Shown here: in pieces, positions 12,279-26,875 of the stretch | Position numbering within the stretch: the first letter of the stretch is position 1 | Layout of the letters: every line of letters starts with the position of its first letter | Source of the DNA: Azolla caroliniana | Lineage: Eukaryota; Plantae; Polypodiophyta | Assembly (NCBI GenBank): GCA_043228905.1 | Contig: JBHGNT010000020.1 | Coordinates: forward strand, 12,152,001-12,216,000 | Length of the DNA stretch: 64,000 nt | Reading direction: 5' to 3' | The notes under the pieces: model-generated | The model's database searches: none | Told to the model about the DNA's origin: nothing | The model's input: the letters and a program-made list of their open reading frames with translations, nothing else | Position numbers and translations under genes: made by a program

Positions 12279-14643
12279 CACATGTAATAATACTAGCTAG
12301 GAAGTAGAGTGAAGTGCCTGCATGTTTCTTTATGAAGAGTGTATTTATGTATTTTAACAGATTAACAGATTCAGAAGTAGAGCCACCCCCAGTAAAACAA
12401 ATAGAGTAGCATGTGACACTTACTAGCCACAAATATCCATTAACTTTCTTGATGCTCACAAGTTGAGATCTGACTACAATGCTAATTTTAATGCAAGAGA
12501 AATATGCTGAAAGGATGAGTAAAACAAATGTTGTTAATTTGTGTTGAATGATTTAATGGGTTTCTTTTAGAAAAGAGAACCTAAAGGGGTTCTGTGTTCT
12601 TTTTTGAGATTAATTTGTCCTTCACTTTTGTTAATATTCAGTCTTAAGCATTATCCTGCTGCATGTGCTTTGTCATTGCCTTACAATGGTAAAAAGTCAA
12701 AGACATGCATTCTTGGTTCTGTTCAATGCTTTTTTCCTCGACTTTAGAATAACGTCTGTCCAGGAATGTAGCCATGAAACCTAGTTATACATCTGTTCAA
12801 TACAAGAAAGATGCATTGGTGGTTGACGTTCACATGAGCATGTGCCAGATTATGTTGGTATTTTCTATGTTCATGATGGGATCTTAATAGCTAGCAGTTA
12901 CCCTGCTATATTGTGGAAGGTTTAATGGGAAACATTCATGCTGAAGGAAAGTTTTTCTGATAGGGAGGGATGCCTGACCATTTTTTGGTGGTGAGAAATT
13001 AATACCTTTCTATTTGATTGCTGTGCTAAATAAATGTTTGTCATTTGATATTTTTGGGTGCTATTTGAATGTGTCAGCATTGAGGGGCTGGTTTCTGTCA
13101 AGGGATTGATTCATAAGCAACAACGATATGCCAATAACCTACAAGGGTTGGCCAACATAACCAATTGCCATCAATGGGATGGTCTCCCCAGCTTAGGGTT
13201 GGGATTTTAAAATGTTAAGACAAATGACGGTAACGCAGAAATAAAAAACCAAGCTACTTGCTGAATTTCACACTTGAGATTTTCCATTTGTTTGGAATTT
13301 AGTGGTGCCATCTTGCAGGAACTCTTCAAAAACCATCTGCGAAAGTCCGTACTGCTAGAAATCCTAGATTGAGATGCTCTTCTTGCTTTCTTGGTCAATG
13401 CTGTCATTTTGTGAGTGAATCCACATCATTAGAGTATGACGTGGTGTCTCGACCTCTTGAGTATGGGCAATGACAAGTCCTTATAGGAAATTTTTCTTAT
13501 ATATTATCTAGATACCAATGACATTGCACAGATTGCATTTCAATGTTATTCTGCTTGTAATCATGAAAAAAGAGTGCTCCCATGCTCTAAACACTTGTAT
13601 TGATATGAGATGCCCAACACATCATATTAGGCTATCATCTCATGCTTTACACAAGCACTAACTATACCTATACATCTTCATATTTAATTTATTTAATAGA
13701 AGACATGTCCATGGACCATACCCATAGTCAATTCGAAGCTGTGGTGTCCAATCATAGCATGATAAATAACCACCTCATCTGGACAGAAGGGCTTCACTAA
13801 TAGAAAAAATGATGCAATCAAATTAAATGAGAGAACATCATTGTTAAATTACTCATATCTCCTATATGCCCAAAAACTACTATGAGGTGCAAAAATTGCT
13901 ACATGTAAGATTTCCTTGAGAACCCGTTTTGCATTGCTTAAGCATGGGGCATCCATTTTGTGAATCATTTATTGAAATATCAGTAGGTTATCAAGAATAG
14001 CACTTGCCATTTTTCACTAGCAATGCCACAACTTTGAGAAATTTCGGTCCCATTTAGTAGCTAATATGTGACCTAGAAGCACATCATACAAAAACACAGT
14101 AAATTAATTAATAAAGATTACCTTCGGCCCTTGGTTAATAATGTCATTAAGAATTCAATTAAAGGAGATGGTAAGTGGATTAACCATGGAATTAAAATGT
14201 TACTAAGCTATTCAATAACAAGAAATGCAATCTCGAAGCTATCCATCCAAACTACTCAACTCTGGAAAATAGATTCCTCAGTAGAGAAAAGTGGAGGGCA
14301 AATTGAAATAGAAGTTCAAGTGCAAAGGAATTGTAAGGTCAATGCAAAATTTGAAAACACAGAGTTCCTTTCGCAAACTCAGAATGACATCCACTCATTA
14401 AATCAGCATTTCAACTGTAGAAAATGCTTTATTTTAGGTTGGTGAGGAGAAAGAGTATCAACATTGAAGTTCTCCAAGGTTATAGCTAATATGCATCTTT
14501 GTAATGCCATGTAGATAAAGTCTTGGTTGCTTTGAACAAGCGTGCCTTTGAAACCACATTTTACAAAAAATGACAATGAAAATGGATTTTCATTATGGAA
14601 GATGTCCTTGTAAATTTGAATTAGTAACTCTCAATACTTTATG

Positions 14644-17600
14644 TTACATCGTTTGAACTGAACGGAAGAGCTCATAGAGATGATCTCCAACAAGCTGTTT
14701 TACACCATTTAGCTCTTCTGTGGCAGACATTGTTGTGTCTTTGCTGGACTTGTCCACATTATCACCAAATTCATTCAACTCGGGGTAAAGATGAAGCACT
14801 CTTGATTTTGTTTCAACCATGCTCATTTGGGCAGCCCTACCTCTTAAGCATCTCTGCAACAGAATCACTGCTTTCGCCCTTTCCATGCGTCCCAATAATG
14901 AGGGGTCACATCTAGGTGTCAGTACTTTTCTATGCTTTCCCTGGAAACGCAATAAAAAAGCATGTCAACATAAATCCTTACAAAGTCAGAAGGCATACAT
15001 GATATGTTTTCCTTCATCTTCTGAAGTGATGTGCGCCACACCCTTATTTATTATCCAACTCAGATTGGAAAGAGTGGCCTTCCTGATCTTCGACCAATGG
15101 CCTACTTTCAGGTAATTTATGTCTCACGATAATACAAATCAATAAAGTATTAGCAATACATGAACATACCAAATATGCCACATAGTTTCTGTGGCAAGAC
15201 TTTGCAGAAAGTTCATCTTCTCCTTCATCTTCTTCTTGTGCTTGTGAACTACATCCTGCTACTGAAGCCTTTATCAAGCCTCGGGAGATCCTCTGGGTCC
15301 ATCTTTTTGACCCTCCTATGGGCACCGCTTCACTTTTCAATCTTGGTGGTGAAGATACAACAGCAGCACTAGCAACTCTGAAAGAGTGGCATTGTTCCAG
15401 ATCATTCAGATCTGCAAAAATACACCTTCAATAGAGGCAATTAATGGATGCACTCTATAAAAAGAAGTTTTGTGATTTTTAATTTTTAATTAACCATATA
15501 TGTGGGAATTCAAGGCCACTGAATTTTCCCTCGTGTTCCCAACGATGCTCAACTATAAGAGTTTATGTGGGTAAGGCTGTAAGATTAGGTCTTAATCCAC
15601 AATGAGCTCGAATACCCTAGTGATAAAATATCTAAAAACTTCTATGTGAGTGTACCTCTAACTGAAACTTTAGGGTTGGAAGGAAGCAAAGAAAGAAAAT
15701 ACCTTTGAAAGAGGATGAGAAAAAAGGATCCAAGATGAGACGATTCTCTTCCTGGAAAAGTAACACAGTAGCAGAAATGAGAAAAGAATGAAGGAATCCA
15801 CACTTTCAGTTCAAGCTTTTTTCCAATTGAGGTTCTGGCATTACCCAAACTACTTCTAAACAATTATAATATCTTTACAACTGTACAGTTTAGTATATAC
15901 TAGTAATGACCGATCCAATTTCCTCTGATCTCTATCTTCAGTGGGATCTACAAAATGAGTGGCTCTAAACGAGGTGTTTGACTTTTTTCTGGAGCACAAG
16001 GGTTGTGAAGCATCACATTCTGCATTTATGGATCGCTCTCCACTTCTCGTTTCACTTGCAGGACAACCTACAATATATACAACATTTGAATGTGTATTCA
16101 ACCTTCTTAATTCATTCTAAAAAGAAACTTGAAGTTGGAAAAAGGCCGCAAGAAATGATACTTGAAGAAAACATTTGAGGTGTTACCAGCAAGGACCCAA
16201 GGATCTGGATGTGCTCTCTGCCACGGCTCCGGAACAACAAAGTCAACAGAATATGTTTGTGACTCACCATCCCGAAACTCTGTCTGCAACTGTACATTGA
16301 TTCCCATTTTACTGACCCTCTAGTCTGTGCAACAATTTCATGCTGTTGTTATGCCATCATATATGCCAAGATGCGATAAATTACATTACATTTAGATGTC
16401 AGAGTTTTGGTTGATACGATGCATTTTGCATATCATATACATTTAGATATTAGGGTTTCAGTTGATACTGATTCTTATATTTTGGCTACTAAGAATTCTG
16501 GATGCAACATCCTGTGTATCAAATATACAAAATTTACCCCTTACAAGTCTCTGTAATGCAACAACATCTGTTTCTATGCTCTTCTTGCAACTGGAAGTGG
16601 ATCATTATCATGGTATGGCTTAATGACATATTTTGTTATGCTACAAAGTCCAATACATGGGTGCAAGTTTCTTTTATGCACAAAGGGATTGATTGGGTTG
16701 ACAATCAAATCCAACGATATGTTTGCTATATTAAATCATCTTTCAATGCTTATGTGGGTCCAATAATGAAGCCCAGAAGTTTGATCATAATCCCAATTTC
16801 CATGTAACCACAAAGGCTTGTATTTCTGGTGTCTTATATAAGAGAAAGCACAAATACAAACAATGGAGCCCAGAAGTTTGATCATAATCTCAATTTCAAC
16901 GTAACTAGAAAATCTTGTATTTGTGATGGCTGATATAACTGATCAGTGATTTCTTTTACCATTGGTGTCACTCTGTAAGATGTAGATAAAAAACTAACAT
17001 TTTAAAAAAGAAAGACCGGTTCCTCCCATGAAGAAAATAAATACATTGACATTGACAATAGATTCTGAATGTAGAAAAAATTTGAATGCCTGAAATGAAT
17101 TTGAGAAATATCAAACACGTATTTCTGAAGTGTTTTAGATTTAGAACCTTGCAATTGTCAATTGTTCTAATAAGTAAAAAACGGGAGTACAGATATTTCG
17201 AACACACAATGCAGTAGATACATTTACTCATTTCAAATGATGATCAGTTTCTTTATGCAATGCATGGTCTTTCCACTAATATTATCTCAAAACTCATTTT
17301 CACTATTGGAAAGATGAGAATATACCCCTCTTCATTCCTCAAAGGTGTATGGAAAACCTTCTGAATGCATTAATACATCCCCAAGATAAAGAAAATCCCC
17401 CAAAATGGTACTTATTTGGGCCCTTCTTACAAATGCACATACATGTAGTGAGTCTAGTCTGAAACTTACAATAGCCACACACATGTTTAAGGCATGTGCA
17501 AAGGATTCATCGCTCTGATTATCTAGAGTTTCTACACAAAGCCCTTCAAGCAATACGTCCACTGCGTCAAGGAGGCTCTGCACACATTTTCTCCGGGATG

Positions 17601-17933
17601 CAAAAACATCCCAATTATAAGTCAGGTAACAATTGGGGCGAAAAAGCCCTTTCCATAATTGGAATCTCTCATAGAAGCAGTGGGTCATATTCCTACATAT
17701 GGTAGCTTAGAACCACTGGAATTTTTTCAACCAAAAGCAATGATGATTTTATTTGAATCAGCAGGGATTGAACAAATACGGTTAGAGACTTCTGGCATAT
17801 TGTAGAAATTATATGAAGCATAAATCACAGAGAGAGAGGGAGGGAGGGAGAGAGACATACCACACATCATTCTAACGTTGAAGATTTCCTGAAGACTTAA
17901 GGTTCCATAATCATAATCATCATCTTGAACCAT
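14644..17933 (-). CDS. Divergent cilia/flagella-associated protein 91-like gene (CFAP91/MAATS1/FAP91 family); exon model incomplete, 5' end uncertain
   Basis: Motifs appear in family order on the minus strand: LHGRNRSFFFK (~17000-17040), QTEFRDGESQTYSVDFVV (~16235-16290) and AVILLQRCLRGRAAQMSMVETKSRVLHLYPEL (~14780-14875). Several GT-AG junctions join in frame, but I could not close the 15000-15900 part. Confidence 0.6.
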
Positions 17934-19107
17934 GAATGAAACAGCGTTGGAAAGGAAGAGTTCTGCAGGGAAGGGAGCATGTTACTGTGTCGATTGGATG
18001 CAGGGGAGGGAAGGAAGAACGTAACCATAACATCGAAATTCATTAAGTGTTCTGTTTACATATATTTGGGTTTTCTGCCTTCCACATTTTCAGAAATTAG
18101 GGTTGGGCAGGCCTTCCCCTGTTCCCCTGTCTAAGTCTAGCCTCTCTCTTTCTCTTAATTAACAATCCCACAAATAACATTCCTGTCCATTCATGTGCCC
18201 CGAGTACATCGCGGAACTTGATTAGGGCACATTCTCTAATTGTCGTGGTGATTTTAGTGCTGTGACTAAACGTGATTAAGGGTGTAATTAGAGTGTGAGA
18301 ATTGTAGTTAGCGATTACATTAGCACTATGCGTCATGCTCATAGTTAATGTACAAGGAAAGCGCATGCTTCATGTTGGCTAATATTGTAATCACAATGCT
18401 AATTGCTATAATTAACTTAACTCGCAATGCTAATCCTAGGAATTAGGACTTAACCAAAAGCCGAATCAAAGTAAATAGCACAAAGCACTATGCTAAAGTA
18501 GTGTTATGATTAGTGCACGCCTCCTCCAAACATCATTTTAAGCTTTGTCACGTACTTTTGGACCAAGGGCATACATCCAGCCTTTGTAATGGAGGATGGT
18601 TTTGCAAACACAATTTTTAACATGTTGGCAGTTGCATACGTTTGGACCAAGGGTATTACATGATAATTTAAGAAGAATAAAAATTGGACCAACATTATTT
18701 GTAATAGAATCATTGTCTCAAAGAAGCATTTCATCATAACGTTATGAGGTCTGAAAGCCCATATTGTTAAGTTATTCTCATAGACTCACTCCTTGAAGTT
18801 GGCCCACTCAAATTAGCATTCCCGCAATTCCCTCATCAATAACCACACAACCCCCCATAAGTAGTTACCATAAGATATAATATGACCATCAAATATTGAA
18901 TTGCTTATAAACCATGAAATGGTCCAAAAGAGTCATTTTTATCACGGTGCACACAACGTGTAGTCTTATCATACAAGTATGCAACATTTGTTAGCATTTT
19001 CCTTTGTTCTAAAACATTTGTTTCTTTGTGCTTTCATTTTCTCTTTTTATTGTGCCTCGACCTTTCGCTCTACTTGATGCCTTGGATATGTTGACCATGA
19101 AAGAGGG

Positions 19108-19456
19108 TTTCTTATTGTTAAAAGGAGTCTGTCAATGCAAGGGGCTAATCTTGTTTGCATGTCGAAACCGTGAAGATGAACAACTGGCTAGAAAATCAAG
19201 GTTGGTGGGGTAGTTTTATGGACTTAAAATTAGCACACGCTAAAGATCCATGCAATACTACACAACCATGAAGATGGATATGTTGGGAATTTCTTATTGT
19301 TAAAAGTAGTCTGTCAATGCAAGGGGCTAATCTTGTTTGCATGTCGAAACCATGAAGATGAACAATTGGCTGGAAAATCAAGGTTGGTGGGGTAGTTTTA
19401 TTGACTTATAAGACATATTTAGCACACGCTAATGATCCATGCAATACTACACAACA
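19108..19456. repeat. ~182-bp tandem duplication
   Basis: TTTCTTATTGTTAAAAG.AGTCTGTCAATGCAAGGGGCTAATC...CCATGCAATACTACACAAC occurs at ~19108 and ~19290. Confidence 0.9.
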
Positions 19457-19928
19457 TGCAAATGCTCGCTTGAATGTTGGATACACTACTTCGAACTAAC
19501 CTTCTTTACAATTTTACAATTGCATTTCATTTGCTATTTACAATGTAAGATCAGTTATTGTAAATAACATCACCATAAGTCATATATATGACCTAACCAT
19601 ATGTTTACTTGGATAATCATGAAATATGGTGTGAAAGATCAGTCTCATAGTTGGCAGCACCAAATTATGTGATTGCATATTTCTTCGGTGAGTCCACGTC
19701 CACTAATTAAATAAAAAATCTCATAATCATGAAGTTCATGGATGCATATCATTTCAGATGAAATGATTGTAAAAAATCATTCATATCATGTAAAAAATTA
19801 TTCCGTAAAGTTTATATTGACTGATCATACAAAATCATCATTGATATTGTTACAGTTCTAGGACACATCAATCCACTCGAGGACAACTGTATACTTCTGC
19901 CCTTGAATGCATTGCATAAAATTGTCCC

Positions 19929-22900
19929 TCATATCCTTACAGTTCTCTGCCGTATATCATTCCAATCGATGACGACAGTATACTTTAAACCTTGCCAGCA
20001 TGAATTCTTAGCTCTTTTACATCTAGTAATTTTCAAAATGCTCAGTGATCTTCTATCATCCTATTGAAAGAAACATGTACGAAAAGTTAATGAGACTTCT
20101 GCCAATATCCTAGATATTAAAAGCAAATGACCTTTTATAATGTTCACTTACCACTGGAGGAGTATCAAAATCTTGTTCACAGGAATCACACATATCAAGT
20201 GACAAGCTTTCCAACAGGGGTAACTGTCAAGCAGAAGAGTGAAGAAATCCCTTAAAAAACTCAAAAGACTGATGGAATCATCAATGTCCAAAAATCCATA
20301 TCTACTTGGATAGCATGCACATACAGCAAAAATTCAATTATATGTAGTAAAATGATGCACATTTGTAGAGAGCCATGGATGGTGAAAGTAAGCACCTTAG
20401 CAACCTTATCATTAGAAACAGAATTAAACATTTCAAAAACACAGAATTGACGTGTAAACTTCGAATCTGGTCAAACGACATTGAACTAAAAGTACTAGAG
20501 CACCAATCGAACAATTGTAACAAATCAACAAACTACAACTTATACCAAATCCAGGATGTATAAAGGTACATGGATCTTCTCATATATCTATTTCCTAATT
20601 ATAGAACAAGTTTCGGCATTTGCAAAACAAATACGGTAGCTTGATCATGGATAACTCTCTTGTCTGCAGAGCAGTCAACATTCAGTATAATAGAATAGGA
20701 TACAGAGGATTGAAACTTTTTAGTTTACACCAACCATCTTCAGGAAAGTGAACTATCAGGAATAGAGATAAGAAAATTTACGTTTACAATCAGTGTGATA
20801 TCGAACAAAACATCTAAATCTATTTGCCTCAGATCAGAACTTCTCCCTCTCCTTTTACTTTTTTGCACCATACCTAAGGGTATTTGAGAAACAGCTGACA
20901 ATTATAAATTCTCTATGGCATTATTATCATCTTTTCCACTTCGATTCTATGCGCCCCCTCGATAGATATCACCTCTCAAGCATATGTTGAGAACATAATA
21001 TAGAGTAGTCAAGTACCTCTCGTACATGGTAGGAACACACTCAGCATCTTTGCACCCATCTCCATATGCATTATAACCAAATGAATTATAGTGACTTCAG
21101 CCTATAACAATTGCATGTGGATATGACACACCGATCCACATCTTCTCAAGGTGACTTCATCTCCCTGTTGAGGTATCCTTCAATGTTGATGCATTGAGAC
21201 ATCCATACGTCATTGATGTTCATTCATAGCTAGATCTAATCTGTTTTATTGCGGATTGATGTTGGTGCCAATAAATGTATTAGCCTTCTTCAAAAAGTAT
21301 ATCCTCCACTTGGAGATAACAAGTATATTTGCTTGATTTATCATTGGATTAATACTCATCCTCGTCTCTTCTTTCACACCTTTTTGTAAAATATAAATCA
21401 GTATAATTTTATTCCTTATTCAAAGCCATTTTATAACAATATGGTTCATGTTTTTATATCCATCTAGTTTCCAGGCTCTTCAATCTTATACATACATGTA
21501 GCATTCATGTTGATATTTCTATATCAATACATTCAAATTAACAGAGGTAAAAAAACACATAACAAAATACCTCAAAAACAGCACGCTTGACATAGTCTTT
21601 CTCCAAGCTACGACCCTGATGCATCAAAAACAATGTCTCACATGGTTAATATTATGAAATAGACAAGTGATATGTAAACCATAACATTACCGTACCAGTT
21701 TATGTAATGCAAAATAAACTGTTATTCAAAATCTAACTTTGACCCTCAGAATAACAAAGAGGATATATAAAAACAATAAAAAATCTTACCCGCCACTAAA
21801 ATGTATCATTATAGGTTTGTATTTGCTTATTGCATTGGTAATGGAAACGGTGGTGTAGTTTATGTTTAAAATAAAATAAAGCATCAAAGTTTTTCTTTGA
21901 TCTTTACATCCGTCAAAAACATAACTAATTTCATAAGTGTTCATATGCAGATATATACATGCATGTGTATGCACATATTTTCGCATGTCTCAAGTATTGT
22001 TTGTCTCCCAATATACCATGATTGTTTGCATTGTTTTGCCTACCATAGCATACTGTAAGATCTCCCACCAATTATCATCATGGAATAACAGGTGAAGTGG
22101 CTGTTAACTTACCCATCACCAGGGGACCACACATCACTAGAAAACATGGATGCACTCAACTATAACCAACAAATGTGTCCCTTTTGTGCAGGTAGAAAAG
22201 TGGGAATGAAATGACTAAAGGCAAAGAGAGTAGGGATAATTGCATGATGAACCAAAGGAAAAGTACGAAAGGCTAGTATGGAATCATCTCTGGAAAAATG
22301 CGGAGTTCATGCAACAGAGACAGATATTTGAAGATTATTTATTTAATATGCAATACCCTTTATTTGAAGAGGGCAATCAGTCGCATTGAATCAGGTGATT
22401 ACGAGAGATAAAAATTAAGAAAATATAATTAGATGCAATAACTGAACTTCAGAAAACGCGAGGATGCACAAGACTTAACGAGACTTAACCTCAGTTGAAG
22501 ATGGCAATCAGTCGCATTGGATCAGGTGATTATGAGGGATAAGGAATTAATAAAATAGAATTAGATTCAAAAACTGAACCTCAGAAAACATAAGGATGCA
22601 CCATACTTCAGAAAATATAGTAGGAAGCAAGTAGTAAAATGGATGTTTCAAACAATGAAGAAAACAGAAAGAAATTACAAAAAATTAAATTGATATTCAA
22701 TGATAGCCAAAAATAAACATACAGCTTAAATGGTAGCTAGAATAAGAACAATGTTCTTCAAAAGTAATGTAACATAGAACTTTGAACATGGAAGTTCAAA
22801 GAACAGCATTAAAAGAGTTACAATACTCGGGCTCTGAAATCTCACTCATGAATAGACTCACTATTAGAAGTATCTGTTGTGCATCTTCTCGAGTGTGGGC

Positions 22901-23314
22901 AAAAGTGGTTCCAAAGTTACAATTTGATACGTAATAGAATGGGGACAAAATGGTGCAGAGATGGATAATTGTAAGTCATTGCACCAAAATAAAAACGTTA
23001 CAAATAAATCACTGGTAAAACAAACACATCTGAATTGCTGTTTCAAAGGCCCTTCTTTCCACTGAAACATCATTTCTAGCTAGGGTGGAATTGTGCTTTT
23101 GTATGCTACAATATTCACAAGGAAATAACATGGCACATTATTAGAAATCTGAAGTTTTATAGTCAGTAATTTATCTATGCATCAACGAAGTCATACTTGG
23201 CAAAGAAAAACTCACATTATGTCGTAATGTTACCTCTCGAAGAGCTCTACAAGAAAACAAACATGATCCCCCTCCAGAATGTAAAGACCCACACTCCTGA
23301 TAAGCCAAAAGCAT

Positions 23315-23363
<49 letters not shown>

Positions 23364-25429
23364 AGAATCAGAATTGAGTATATGGGCAGAGCAAAATGGC
23401 TGCCGTTCAATTGGACAAGCAGGCTTTTGGAAGGGGTTCACAACTTTGGATCACATATTCACCCTCCGGGCCCTTATTGAGGAGGCCAGAGCCCACAATA
23501 AGAGGATTTATTGCTGCTTTGTGGATTTCCGAAAAGCCTTTGACACTGCCACGTGCTCAGCTTATGCAGCGGCTAGAAGCCCTTAGTGTTCCTATAGATA
23601 TGCAATGAGGAAGCTATGCACTCTATGAATCTGTGTCAGGAAAAGCACGGTCTTCTAAGGGCTTGTCAAAGGCGGTGGCTAGCACAATTGGCGTGAAGCA
23701 AGGATGCCCACTATCCCCCACGCTCTTCAGTCTCTATATAGATGAGGTATCACAGTACATAGAGAGATGTGGGGGTTCCGGAGCACACCTAGCAAGTATA
23801 GCTATACAAATTTTACTATATGCTGATGATATTGTGCTGATTTCTGACTTTCCGGAGGGACTACAAAGACATCTAAATGCCTTAAAAACTATTTTGTACG
23901 GACAAAGGTTTGTCAATCAACATGAATAAAACTAAAGTGATGGTGTTTAACACCACCCAAGCATGGGTAACAAGATCAGAACCAGAATTCTTCTTGGGGG
24001 AGGAAAAGGTGGAATACACACGCTCCTACACATACCTAGGAGTAACATTTACAGGACCTAGGTTCTCCTTACAGGAGGCCGCTTGTGCCCGACTTTCTCG
24101 TGCATATGCAGTCCTTGGTGCTCTTGAGAGACAATGTGCACATTTGCAGTTCCAAGAGCCACAGACTAAGCTATGGTTATTTGATATACTTGTCACACCA
24201 ACTCTTCTCTATGGAGTAGAGACATGGGGACCGAGTCTTAACAAGGCAAATCATTGGAAAGATTTCGAGAGACCTTTAGTGTCAATGATTGCTCGCATGA
24301 TAAGGAGCAAAGCATCGGTGCCCCACGATATAATCTGGGCAGAGATGGGAGCAGCACCTATAATAACCGAGGCATTGTTCCGATTAGTGACATTTATCCA
24401 ATGTCTTTGGGAGCTCCCTAAACGAAGGTACCCAAGGTTGGCACTTATGTCATCAAAACAACTAGCTGAAAATGGAGACACTCATTGTTGGTATGCTTAA
24501 ATGCAACAATGGTTCAAGTCACTTAGAAAACAAGATACCATGGATCAACCCCAAAATACCACTTGCTACAAAGATGGCCCACTATAAGACACACTTCTTA
24601 CATACATCGGAGGATGGATTTGTCATAGGCCACCTTATATGGACATACATCTATCCTATGCGCTGCGTAGTGTGATAGGGCAGCTGCGAACCTCATCACA
24701 TCAGCTACAGATTGAGGTGGCCAGATATACACGACTACCTCTAGAAGAGAGAATTTGCCAATTGTGTCATCAAGGAGTGGAATCTGAAGAACACTATGTT
24801 TGTCATTGTAGTGTCTTTTATGAAATCAGAGGGAGATACCATTGCCTCTTTAAACAAGGCTTTGGCCCACTATGCAAGGTAATGGAATATGAGGACCAAA
24901 GATGCATAGGACTTTTCTTGCTCAAGCTCAAGAGACATCGGGAAAAGTTGTTGAAGAACACAGCCACACAAGCTCATCCACAAAGAACAATCACAACTTT
25001 CTTTAGCTCCATCACTCCTAATGCTAGAAGTCAACCCCAGGATACAGAAATGGGATCCAAACCATGATATAACAAAGGGGTTACGATTGATCAGGCAATG
25101 GCAATTTGCCGTGCACGTAGGCCCCAGCCCCATGAACCATGAACTCGACACCCTTGTCATCGACAAATAAAAGCCATTATCTCCCGCCATCGTAGGTGCT
25201 TCCCTCGCTTCAGAGACATTTCCATTCTGGATCAACCTATGATAGAGATCTTTCGGAGACAAAAGCTACAATATACCTAACTTGAGAATCTCGCATGTGC
25301 CAAAAACCAGATTCTCTCGTCTCTTTTCTTTGCATCTTATTTACTTTTATATTTACTGTGTAATATTTACTTTATTTTGATTTATTCTCAAAGACGAGAA
25401 AACATTTCAGATGTTAATATATCTTTCTT

Positions 25430-25477
<48 letters not shown>

Positions 25478-26812
25478 AAAAGTTACAATATATCTATCTT
25501 GAGAATCTCCAGATTCCCTCGTCTTTTTATCTTATTTACTTTTATATTTACTGAGTAATTTTTATTTTTATTTTTATTTGTTGTTCTCAAAGACGAGACA
25601 ACACTCAAGATGTAATCTCTTGATTGGTCTTATAGGCCATTTTGGCCTCCTAAAAGACGTTAATTATACGACCGAAATATGTAGATACATTCTTACCAAA
25701 TGCACTAAGGGTTGCCATTGGACAACTTAGAGTATCATCTCCCCAAGTTGAGGTTGAGAATGGTCGTGCTAATGGAGTCCCCGTAGAGGAAAGGATATGT
25801 AGATTATATCACATAGAAATAGAGGATGAGTATCACTTTACATGCAAGTGTCCAACATCATTTGAGATAAGGGCAAAATACCAAGACATACTAGGACCCT
25901 CTCCAAACCATTAGACACCCTAGATATAAAGAAACTAAGTAGATAAATCTTAGAGCTAAAACAACATAGAGAGAATAAGCTACAAAATGCTAACCATAAC
26001 CTTTCTAATATTCATCAACATGTAACCAATGAAATTTTTCAAGGACAGGAGGGGACGATGAGCATGGACACACCTGCACCACTCGGCCTCTCCTTTGTTG
26101 AACCAAAACACAAAAGAACAACCAAATACCCTCAAATGCCGAGCCTCAAAGTCACTTGTGTAAAAGCAATTAAGAAGATACGGGAACATGAATTACACCG
26201 CCTAAAAGTTGTCGTCAAGGTACCTTTTACATCAAGACCACAGGCCACACCCACATTGAAACCCTTTGACCTCTCACTCCTTTTTGAAACTAGGCCTATC
26301 AAATAGCCATTTCCTTTATAGAATATGTTACACCATAACGCCTTTTGTACAATACTAGAACTCTTTTATCTAAGTTTTTTTTTAATGAGTGGGTACACAT
26401 CCCATTTTGTTGTGACCAATTGTCTCATGGCAATTTGCCGTGCACGTAGGCCCCGGCCCCATGGACCACAACCTCGACACCCTTGTCATCGACAAATAAA
26501 AGCCATTATCTCCCGCCATCGTAGGTGCTTCCCTCCCTTCGGAGACATTTCCATTCTGGATCGACCTATGATAGAGATCTTTCGGAGACAAAAGCTACAA
26601 TACACCTAACTTGAGAATCTCGCATGGGCCAAAAACCAGATTCTCTCGTCTCTTTTCTTTTCATCTTATTTACTTTTATATTTACTGTGTAATATTTACT
26701 TTATTTTGATTTGTTCTCAAAGACGAGAAAACATTTAAGATGTAATCTCTTATTCGGTCTTATAGGCCATTTTGGCCTCTTAAAAGACGTTAATATTTCT
26801 TTCTTTCTTTCT

Positions 26813-26875
<63 letters not shown>

